Shown piece by piece: positions 1 to 11,100 of a DNA stretch of 64,000 nt. Below the pieces are notes generated by a model, which was given only the letters and a program-made list of their open reading frames with translations, did not search any database and was not told where the DNA came from. Source of the stretch: Selaginella moellendorffii. Its lineage: Eukaryota; Plantae; Lycopodiophyta. The stretch spans positions 614,642 to 678,641 of the forward strand of contig NW_003314277.1 in assembly GCF_000143415.4 (NCBI RefSeq), read 5' to 3'. The position numbers and the translations under genes were made by a program. The stretch's first letter is position 1; each line of letters begins with the position of its first letter.

Positions 1-332
1 GGATGAGGGAGCTCGAAATGGAATTTATGCACATGAGGAAGTGGGACAAATCAAGGATTTCCTACTTGAATCACATGGTCTGAAGGAGGCAAGGTGGTAT
101 CAAATGCACAACATAATTCATGGAGCTGCTTTTGCTCTTCATCCTCTATTTCTGGGGGATAACCCGGAGAACAACAAGTTGGACAATGAGGCACGTTGGA
201 ACTGGCTGGAGTACATGCATGTTTATAGCAGAGGTGATCTGGACTTGCAGTTGAGATTGTAGGCACAGTTTGAGAGGTTTCGGCAACAGCTTGGAAGGCA
301 AATGAGGTTACCTATTGCCAAGGATCGGGAGA
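1..332 (+). pseudogene. hAT transposase pseudogene, 5' part (interrupted by LTR retroelement)
   Basis: Frame reads RWYQMHNIIHGAAFALHPLF (hAT RW..H.AA..L.P motif), has an in-frame TAG at 260-262, and continues in frame at 7593 once the LTR element and one GGAGA copy are removed. Confidence 0.85.
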
Positions 333-1464
333 TGTAGCGCACGTGGTTTTGACCCTTTATCCTATGGTGATTTACCATAGGATAACACCACGAAGCGGAA
401 CCTAAACCCTCTTTGTGCCACGTGACAGATGCCACGTGTCCATGCCACGTGTCCACAGGAACCCGAGGTTCAGGGCCTTGGGCCACTGAACGAAGGAACG
501 GTGCCAAACTCCCAAGCATGGAGCCCAGGAGTGACGGAACCGAACCACGGAGCAACTCCCGAGCATAAAGCCCAAGGAGCGAACGGACAGGAGCCCGGAG
601 CGACTTGGAACAGTCCTGGAGCAACCAGCATCCCAATGCCAGGACCAGCACACAAAACGGAGCCAAACGGAGTCTGGCGCTATTTCGGCATACCGGTGGC
701 CTAACGCAAGGATATGGGTACTCCACCAACTAGCATGGAATGGAACTTGGGCTTAGACCCAAGCCGGACGCAGAACAAGGACAGGCACGCAAGCGGGAGC
801 TAGACTATGCCTCAGGTTGGTCGGCCATGCCCGACCTACCCACTATCCCTACTATACATTTGGAACCCCCCACAGCCCCCCCTCCTTGAGGAACACACGC
901 TTTGGGCTTTCACCCCAAGCCTCCTTTAGTATCAGGAGTTAGTCTCTGGGACAAGCTCGAAACTTACTAAATATGGAATGTCCCTAGATTGCGAATTTGG
1001 ACATGGGACGAACACCATTGTGTTCAGGACAATCTCTACATTCCATAGATATGCCAAATGAGCAAATCTGGACACTTTCCATAAATAGCATTTGGGACCG
1101 AAATGAGACTAACACAAAGGGCATGATAGCGAGGGTGTTTGGCAGACACGGTAAGCTATCATCCGGCGACATTGAGGGACCAATCTCAATACGCGAGGGT
1201 TCTTGTCACTAGCCAGTGCAAGACAAAACGAGACGGGAACTCCTTACCGGGCTAAGTATGCTTAGCTAATAACACGTAGGAATTCCGTCCTTATGCTCGT
1301 CCGGTCTAAGTACACTCGAAATGCCCAGTTAACTCCACTAGCACAAGAGGGACTGATAAAGGGTCCAGCAATACCGACCTCCTGCCATCGTGGCAGTAAG
1401 GTAAGAGTGTCCGTAAGGACTAGCCGACAGGTAACTTTCGATACCCGAAGTCACATTCGCGACA
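333..1464 (-). repeat. 3' LTR (1132 bp)
   Basis: TGTAGCG...CGCGACA, direct repeat of 6441-7587, adjacent to the PPT. Confidence 0.95.
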
Positions 1465-4400
1465 CTCTCCCCCCCTTGGGAAGATCGACGTCCTCGTCGA
1501 TGCATACTTGAGTCTAGAATACCGCCAAGGAAACAACTCTAGAAAAAGTTCACGGTACTCACACTATGTGAGAAATGCACCAACTTAAATGAGTTAGGAG
1601 GCAACCTCTTTGTCTAACGCGGATGCGCTACCAGCTCAGACACCTTCCGGCCGTCGCCGACAAGGAAATGACCAACGGAGTCAGCCACCCTTGCTACTCT
1701 GGGAGTCACCCAGCTTACAAAAGTGTGATATGCCCCTGCCCGCAGGAACATAGAGAGAGAAGCCAGAAGCCCCAACCCTCCTAAGCAAAGAACCAAACCC
1801 GTCGGTAAGGTTTAGATAGACTACTGTAAACAGGCAGTTAGAGTTGTTTACACGGTCACGCCCTTTTAACGGAATAAGGAACATCGACAGAGAGGCGGGT
1901 TATGTGACCAGTCGACAGTAGCTACCCCATGACTAGAGATTTCACTATGCACACGAAGTGCCGAAGCCAGTCTGCCTATACTGGCCCAAACTCAAAGATC
2001 AATAGATGGGCAATATCAAAGTCATAAACAATGATATCTTAGAGACTTAATTATCAGTGATTATATCTTAGAGTAGAACACAAAAGTATTCTTAGCAAGT
2101 TATCATCCGATAAACTAGTATTATAGTATAGGAACCACCAAGATCATCAAAATTGGTAAACATAGGATTCACCATCATACAAAATTCAATAGCAAGTATA
2201 TCATCAAGTAAACTCAACGATAAAGTTTAACTATTAAAGATTGCAGATAGAATGCCAAACAACTTACAAAAGATAACTCAAAGAACACAAAGTATCATTG
2301 ACTGATAAGCACAATGCTCGTGAATGTATCACCCGAAGGAAATAACATCCCAATCTATCAAAACTAACTCGAGCAATAATCAACAGAATAGAATGAATGC
2401 AGTAAGACCAACAAACACTCACTTCTGCCAACTATCACAAAAGCCAATTTGAATAAATCCCAGCTAACAATACCAAGGAATTCAAGTTGCCTAAGCAAGT
2501 GTCAGCAATATCCTACTGATGTCTCAAACCTAAGAGACCAATCCAGAGCAAACCACAAAGAACATGCGGTATTGCGAAAAGCCAAAAGCTATCAAAGAGA
2601 ACAACTAACCATCATAAAAGATCATCAATTATCCCATCAAAAAGATATGCCAAATCATCGTCAAGCAAGAATCTACCATCCCGAAGAATAGCAAATAATT
2701 CCAGACCAACAATAATCAAACAAAACTTGTGATAAGGATAATCAACTACCCTAGATGATAGTCAATCATCACCAATGATTTCTAAATGCAAATACTAACT
2801 TCATCGAAGCTAACAAGCCAAAATGTCTTCCCCAACAACTTATAACAAATAGAACAATGAGCATAAAACTCAAAGAACCAAAAACTCGAAGAAGTCTATA
2901 GCCAAGTCTTGTCTAACAATGATCACAAGTCTCGCATGGACTAACGTCAATGCTAAAGAAGAAATCATGGTACAACCCACAATATCCTCCTCAACACATC
3001 TATTAGCTAAACTTCATAATGCCAAAGCTAATGAAGAGCATATCTGCATCAATCCAAAAGCTAAGCATAACAAAGTTATGCTCAACAAGTGATCATCAAA
3101 CGATCCTCCATGAATCCATCTATAGCAAGACGTAACTCACATCATAACAAGCACAAGAAGAATCATCAATGATTGATATATTCCAACTCAAATCCAATAA
3201 GGATTCAAATATTCCAATATCAATCACTAACTCTTCATCTTGTAAAGCTAGTGTTATCCACGACTAAATCACTTTTCAAGGAAAAGCTGAAGCTCAACCC
3301 CTACTAAATAACCTTGTTTAGAACACAACTAACTCAAACTTGCCACTTAGTTCATTTGAACGTCAACATAGTTGCGAACTAGCAAATGTACGAATGCCAA
3401 TAACACAAAGCCATAGCCAAATCATCAACACTATCTTCATTAAGACTAATGAAACTCGACATCAATCTTGCGGAGAGACATCTCATTTCACTGAAATCTC
3501 AACATCAACAATGTCAACGACAAGGCATCACCTCAGTGCCACCAACACTAGAACAAAGCTAGAAGAAAGCACGAGTGTATCACCACTCAAAGCTCTCTAG
3601 CAACCAAGCTAACCAAGGTCGAAGATACTTTAGTTAGTATCCGAGACCAATCCTTTAGCAAAACTCAGTTACAGATAACACATCCTCAAGGAGTGAATCA
3701 CCACGTCCAAGACTCAATGAAATCCAACACTATGAACTAAACGCAACCAAATGATATCGACAGAGATAGAGTCAATATGCCAACATGGAAAACCCATATA
3801 AGTCTAACGACACGATCCTCCGCAACCCCATTTGGTAAAAAAAACCTATCACTGCTAAATCATCATTGAGTGAAGCAAGTGTTAAAAGTCCTTGATGAAG
3901 TCTACAAGTAGTCACTAGTTGCAAAGCAACTAACAATCACTCCTCAACTTGCCTTCATAAGACCCAACACTAAACTCATGCCATTGAGTCATATACTTGA
4001 CCAACATGAACGTAATACCCCAGATATGAGATAAAGGTTCATGGACAAGCACGAACTAAATGACCACTCGAATCCAACTCAACTGCGATAAGCTCACCAA
4101 TGCATTTAGCCACTAGCTCTGAGCATGCCTTGAAGAGGCTAGCTATGCATGATCATCACTCAGTCGAAACTAAAGTGAAGACCATGAGATGGACTCATAT
4201 CGGTACACAACCTCCTCATAGACAAAGCTACAGTACGGGTACCAACATCTCAAACTCAAACAACTAAGTTGAACATCACCATCCTCAGCCAAGGCACAGG
4301 GCCACCAAGACCAAGTCAAGATTAGTGAGAGCTCACTACTCTCATAGAGTCTAACGAAATGCAAAGTGCAACCTGCCACCAAGCATAACGCTATAAAAGA

Positions 4401-6427
4401 AAGGCACAAGGGTCACCTTTCTAGAAAAGTGCAACGGCCACTTTTCTACATTAACCCCAGACTCTATCCAACTCAATTGCAATAGCCCCAAAAGTCAGCA
4501 TCCCTTTCGGGCCGCATCATACAAACTACATACTAAGGTCTAAGCTAACCGAAGTCAACTCCAACCCCTTCACTAGTTTGTATTGGCTTACGAAAACGGA
4601 ATGGTTTTCGGACAAAGTGATAACAGATCAGCCATTGGAAAAGTCTAAGAAAATTTGTGAAAAATTTTCCATCCTAGAGAAAGAATGACTCTCAGTCCAG
4701 GAATACAAACTTTTAAGACTCAACCAACTTCCTCCTACTAACAACTTCACATAGGTTCACCTCAACACAAATTCTCATGACCCATAGTATGCTTAAGCCT
4801 CGAACATCTTTTTGCCCATTCTTTCGACATCCAACACCGATATCCGTAAAATGCAAATGGAACATCCAAGGTTTGATCACGAAGACCACATCTTCGGATA
4901 TCCATATTGCACTAACACTCTTCTTCAACCACTTTCAAGATCCAATGTGAAGCTAAAACACTAACAAGAAAAATGACATGGAAAATCAAGCTCTAAGGAA
5001 AATTCCTTATCACTCGAAGTAACAATGCCACTTCCACTAACACAAGTGCTAGTGATGTCAATGCCCCAACTACACATCTTCTCCATCCAACAATCTACTC
5101 TAAGTGTTAACGGACCAACCGATGAGTTATAGCAAATGAATACTACAACCCTTTCCAACACCTTATGGGCAAACTTAAGGAAACAAAGAACCAACTTAAG
5201 CTTTAGCATAATGGACCACCATCGAGAATCTAGTCAAAGTTACTACAATGCTACTTTATGTAAGTAGACTAGCTTCTCCATCAACCACTTTGGGGTTGAT
5301 CATCATTCAACCAAGCAACTTCGTAAACACATTGCTCATTATCACATGGATATGATATAAAAATCACAATGACTTGATCATCAATTGAGCAACACCACGA
5401 ACAATGCCAATGTCATTACTTCAAAGGTTTACATGAATATCAAGTGCCAACTCAACTTGACAGAATGCAACATAAATGCCACACTCTACCGATAGAGATT
5501 TACAACACCCAACACCACTAACTTTTGTTCACAACACCGACAAGCTCATGCCACTCTCTTTCCGACCAAACTCAACACTAATCCAACACCAAGCTACTCA
5601 AGGAACAATAGCAAGGTTCCCCAGAAAAGAATTGAGCATTGCAACCTAAGTCTTCCGATAGCAAGTCTAAACAAAATGGTTTAGCGTTTCACCGCTATCC
5701 ATCCCATGACTCACCATTTGTAAGACCATCATTTCCAACATGCATCAAGATAGGGACTCTTGATTGCATAATGTGAATACGAGCAATGAGTGAACACCTC
5801 GTTGCAAATCATCTCTCCAAGAGAAGAAGATGATTTACGTGTTTGATCCTTCGTCCCCGATGACTCTCTTTTCGGTCTCATCTTTGACCAAACCTCAAGC
5901 TTGCTTTCGCACTGCCTTCAGTCCAATCCAAGAAAAGTTTATGAGAGAGCACGGCAATGATTACTTGAACCAATAGACTAATCCCTATAATCTTGATTGA
6001 TCCACTTGTAATCATGCCTAGGAAGGATCCACTAGTGCCGTGCTTAAACAGCTACGGACCAGCCTATTTGCCACTCATAGCAAACCCAGGGAAGGTTTGC
6101 TTTTACCCACGGTACATGGAACAACTCATAGAACCACCGCTAGGCTTACATTAATCCTGCCAACTCAAAGCGTATCCTCGAGTTGCTAATGTGCCTCACT
6201 CACGAGCCCAAGCTCAAACTCGTGCGAACGGAACAACTCAATCCCTCTTGTGAGCCCAAGCTCTAGCTCACATTATTAGGTACAAAAGGTAACCAAAACC
6301 ATACCCAAGGAACGATTGCGAAGCCATTGCACCAAACGTGTACCCACTCAGATCATCGTTTTCATCTCTGCGTATGCAACGAGACTAGTTGCCCAATCTC
6401 ATTGAATAGTACTCGCTGAGACTCATT

Positions 6428-6438
6428 CTCTGATACCA
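6428..6438 (-). promoter_or_regulatory. Primer-binding site (tRNA-iMet)
   Basis: ctctgatacca is the reverse complement of TGGTATCAGAG, 2 nt from the LTR. Confidence 0.9.
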
Positions 6439-6440
6439 AA

Positions 6441-7587
6441 TGTAGCGCACGTGGTTTTGACCCTTTATCCTATGGTGATTTACCATAGGATAACACCACG
6501 AAGCGGAACCTAAACCCTCTTTGTGCCACGTGACAGATGCCACGTGTCACATGCCACGTGTCCATGCCACGTGTCCACAGGAACCCGAGGTTCAGGGCCT
6601 TGGGCCACTGAACGAAGGAACGGTGCCAAACTCCCAAGCATGGAGCCCAGGAGTGACGGAACCGAACCACGGAGCAACTCCCGAGCATAAAGCCCAAGGA
6701 GCGAACGGACAGGAGCCCGGAGCGACTTGGAACAGTCCTGGAGCAACCAGCATCCCAATGCCAGGACCAGCACACAAAACGGAGCCAAACGGAGTCTGGC
6801 GCTATTTCGGCATACTGGTGGCCTAACGCAAGGATATGGGTACTCCACCAACTAGCATGGAATGGAACTTGGGCTTAGACCCAAGCCGGACGCAGAACAA
6901 GGACAGGCACGCAAGCGGGAGCTAGACTATGCCTCAGGTTGGTCGGCCATGCCCGACCTACCCACTATCCCTACTATACATTTGGAACCCCCCACAGCCC
7001 CCCCCCCCTTGAGGAACACACGCTTTGGGCTTTCACCCCAAGCCTCCCTTAGTATCAGGAGTTAGTCTCTGGGACAAGCTCGAAACTTACTAAATATGGA
7101 ATGTCCCTAGATTGCGAATTTGGACATGGGACGAACACCATTGTGTTCAGGACAATCTCTACATTCCATAGATATGCCAAATGAGCAAATCTGGACACTT
7201 TCCATAAATAGCATTTGGGACCGAAATGAGACTAACACAAAGGGCATGATAGCGAGGGTGTTTGGCAGACACGGTAAGCTATCATCCGGCGACATTGAGG
7301 GACCAATCTCAATACGCGAGGGTTCTTGTCACTAGCCAGTGCAAGACAAAACGAGACGGGAACTCCTTACCGGGCTAAGTATGCTTAGCTAATAACACGT
7401 AGGAATTCCGTCCTTATGCTCGTCCGGTCTAAGTACACTCGAAATGCCCAGTTAACTCCACTAGCACAAGAGGGACTGATAAAGGGTCCAGCAATACCGA
7501 CCTCCTGCCATCGTGGCAGTAAGGTAAGAGTGTCCGTAAGGACTAGCCGACAGGTAACTTTCGATACCCGAAGTCACATTCGCGACA
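6441..7587 (-). repeat. 5' LTR (1147 bp)
   Basis: Direct repeat of 333-1464 with one extra 14-bp G-box unit and a few substitutions. Confidence 0.95.
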
Positions 7588-7592
7588 GGAGA

Positions 7593-7987
7593 CCAGAAAG
7601 TTTCCAGTAACCTCATGGAGTTCTTTTGGTTTAGAGATGCCTCATCTACGTCGCATGGCTCTCCAGATTTTAAGCCAAGTTGTTTGCGCTTCTCCATGCG
7701 AGAGGAATTGGAGTTCATGGAGCTTGATACAAACAAAGTGCAGGTCCTGCTTGCTTCCCAAAAATGCTGAGAAGTTGGTTTACATTCACACAAACTTGCG
7801 GGTTGCTTAGAAGCTGGAGAGTGAAGGTTTGAGGATGTTGGAGATTGATATAGACAAGCTGGAGTTGGAGCCTCATTAGAAGAGGATTTTGGATCTACAA
7901 GAAGCTTTTGAGGAACCAAATCAGGCTGCTGAGGAGTTTAGCATCGATGAAGGAATGGAAGATGATTCAGAATCAGAAGACGACTAA
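7593..7987 (+). pseudogene. hAT transposase C-terminal dimerisation domain, 3' part
   Basis: Reads SWSSFGLEMPHLRRMALQILSQVVCASPCERNWSSWSLIQTKCRSCLLPKNAEKLVYIHTNL, with two in-frame TAGs and an acidic tail ending at TAA 7985-7987. Confidence 0.9.
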
Positions 7988-8127
7988 AACGGCTTCTTCT
8001 TTCATTTGTTTTACTATGTTATTCGGTTATGTTTTATAAAATTAATATTAGATTATAGTGTCTTTAGTAAATATTAGTGTTTTCTTAATCATTTTAGGCT
8101 TTAACATGTAAAAGTTGGATTGTCCTG

Positions 8128-8183
8128 AAAAAACGTTCTAAACGGCATTCAAACGTCGACACGTTGGAACGTTTGCATGTCTA
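8128..8183. repeat. Probable hAT 3' subterminal AAACG repeats and TIR
   Basis: Clustered AAACG/AACG motifs ending in ...GTTTGCATGTCTA (revcomp TAGACATGCAAAC, hAT-like terminus); sequence switches abruptly to Gypsy afterwards. Partner TIR is not in the window. Confidence 0.55.
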
Positions 8184-11100
8184 GCTGCAACTATGGTTCG
8201 AAATCAACACGTTCGCTGCAACAACTCTTGCCAATCATGCCATCGCCCAATCCGGACTCGAACAACTCGACAACATTATCGAAGAAATCATTCCTGAAAA
8301 ACCTGAGTATCCGAAACTCTTCATCGAACTCCATCTCGGCACCAGCAAGTGGAAGACCAATCTGCATACTGCACCAGCAAACTCGACCCCACATAACTCG
8401 ATTAAACACAACCCAACCCAACATGCACCACTGTCGACATTTGCACCAAAAAGAAAGAACAAGCTCACAACAACTTTATCAACAATTGACCTGCCACCAG
8501 TCTTCCTGAAGTTCTGCCAGAACTGCATGACCGACTGCAGACACGAATCTGACACCGACAACAAGTAGAAGAATGCATGCATCCAAAACCAAGAAGAACA
8601 TCCAGCAAGTCGAAAGAAGACCGACAACAGCTTATCTGATGTTTAGATAGAGATTTGAAGAATTTAGAAACAAAGAGAAAGAAAGACAAGAGAAGTTGAA
8701 TCAACTTATCCAACCCTCCAAGAGAGAGAATTACATCTGCCATGAATTGTTACCACAAGCTATCTCCGACGAACCAGTCTCAGACATCCGTGAAGAATAC
8801 GATGACTATACAACACCACTGAACACACCACTGGCAGCACCCTTGACAGCACCCACCAAAGTGCCTGAGCCTGAACCAACACCCTTGACGGCACCCACCG
8901 AAGTGCCTGAGCTTGACCAAACATTCGAGCAGTCGACACAGACTATGCCCGAGCAACAAAACATTTTTCAAGCAGCATACAACCACTTCAAAGGTACATT
9001 CACCAACCCCATCTACAATGACGACGAACGACCAAGTTTCCCGCCCGGCTTCACAGACTTCACCAGACCAGCACCATTTTTGCCATATCGACCAATCTTC
9101 ACAACACCAATATATCCCACATTTGCTTCCAACATCTACCGAAGCCCACTATTAGCAAGACCTTTCAAACACGCTTTCGACTTCAACACGCCGACAAGAC
9201 AACAACTTGACTTCACCCACTACAGTCGAACTCCGATATACCCAGTCAACAGCAGTAAAGACGAACAACCCGAATCATCCAATAGTCAAGCACTCAACGA
9301 ATAAGTCAACAACTCACACCAAGCTGCCGAACAGCTACAATCATCCAACAACAACGAGATCGACAAACCAATTGTCGACAACAACAATCTTCCATAGCAA
9401 CCACAATCACCACACAACTATACGTTCGAAGAACACTTGGACAATTTAGAAGAACAACCACAACCAGCACAACATAACTCCGACAAGTACGTCGACAAAA
9501 AGTTCAAGCACCATCTTCTGGAAATCAACACTGGCAAGCAACCCGACACCAACGACAACGTCGACGACACACCTGAAAACAGTCCCAACACAAAAGAAAA
9601 AACAGAGAAGAGTCCACTAAACAACAACAACAATTCACCACCTTCCTCCTACACCGACTTTGCCGTCGACCCCGACAACCCCTTGCTCCAAATCACCTTT
9701 GGACTCCACAGTGAGAACCCAACAAAACAACCTCGACAATACCGACATTACAACCAACAACAAATGGCAGTCACTACCACCGTTGCCAACATACCGTTGG
9801 AAGACACATCTCCTATCCCCTATTTCATTGTCTCAAATCGGAAGATGTTGAGAAACATGTCGAACAGTTCCAAGAAGCAATCTACATCAACAGCCAGACA
9901 ACCGAACTCCCATACTACTTCCGATGTACCCTTTGAAAGAGAGCCAACGAATGGGCTCAAACGCTTCCTCAAAATACAAGTTTCGATGACCTCACACTCA
10001 AGCTCGTAGACCAATTCAAGTCTTCCCTCACTCAAAGCCAACGACTACACAAGATCCAGAAACTCAAGCAGAAGTCTGGTCAATCCATCGACGACTACAC
10101 TCAAACCTTCACTCGACATGCCAGTAAATGTGGCAACAGTGCCACTGAAACTTTACTTTACCAATGGTACATGCAAGGCCTCTAACGATCCTCCGAGAAG
10201 CGGCAACACACATCAACATCACCACTTACCTCGAACTAGCAAGAGCCCTTCAACATGTTCAAGCTCGACGAATGACAGCACAAGTTGATGATACGGACAA
10301 CTCAGATTCTGACAGTAGTTCAGACGACGACTCCGACGATGAACTCGGAGAGAGCACCAAGTCAAAACTTTGGAAACTTAGGAAAACAATCAACAAGCTC
10401 AAGGGAAAAGCCAAGGCCGACATCAAAGAATTTCGATCTAGAATTTGGTGTACTAAGTGCAAGAATGAAGGACATCCAGCAACTGACCGCAAGCTCCAAA
10501 TCTCCAAATGCCAGATCTGTGCCAAAGAAGGTCATGATGCCAAGACTTGCAGATTTCAAAATTCTGCAGAAGTTCGACAAATCTCAAACTATCCCTGACA
10601 GTAGTTTCGACAACCATATCCAAATCAATACTTTGACAATTACCAGGCACCTGTAAGGAACCAACTCGCCGAGGTGTCGTAGGCTAAAGGAACCCCGAAA
10701 GCATGACCAAAATGACAAAGAGTTCATTGGATGGGACCAAGTTGAGATCGAGTCCAAGACCGACTCTAGGACCGAGTTCGAGATAGAGTCCGGAATCGAG
10801 TCCGAGACCGACTCGGGGACCGAGTTTGAGTCCGAGTTCGAGACCGAGTTCGAGACGGAGTCCGAGATCCGAAATCGGGTCCGAGACCGAGTCCGAGGTC
10901 GAGTCCGAGGTCGGGTCCGAGATCGGGTCCGAGATCGAGTCCGAGATCGAGTCCGAACCCGAATCCGAAGTCGGATCCGAAATCAGGTCCGAGATCGAGC
11001 CAGAGACTAAGTCCAAATACTAATACGGGTCAAGGGGTGAAAGCCCAAAGCGTGCGTCTCCCAGGGGGGGGGGGGGGGGGCTGCAGGGGGTTCCAAAAGT

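Larger units (their letters stand above)
333..7587 (-). mobile_element. Young non-autonomous Gypsy-type LTR retrotransposon (LARD-like)
   Basis: Near-identical TG...CA LTRs at 333-1464 and 6441-7587; 5-bp TSD GGAGA (328-332, 7588-7592); tRNA-iMet PBS at 6428-6438 and PPT at 1465-1477 give minus orientation; 5-kb interior has no long ORF. Confidence 0.95.

Noticed and set aside
223-1511. Short ORFs in LTRs (repeated at 6470-7610)
   Set aside because: No recognisable motifs; the duplication simply reflects the LTR pair.
10684-11023. Ser/Glu/Asp/Pro-rich ORFs here and at 27909-28660 and 60760-61512
   Set aside because: Artefacts of stop-free hexamer minisatellites inside LTRs.
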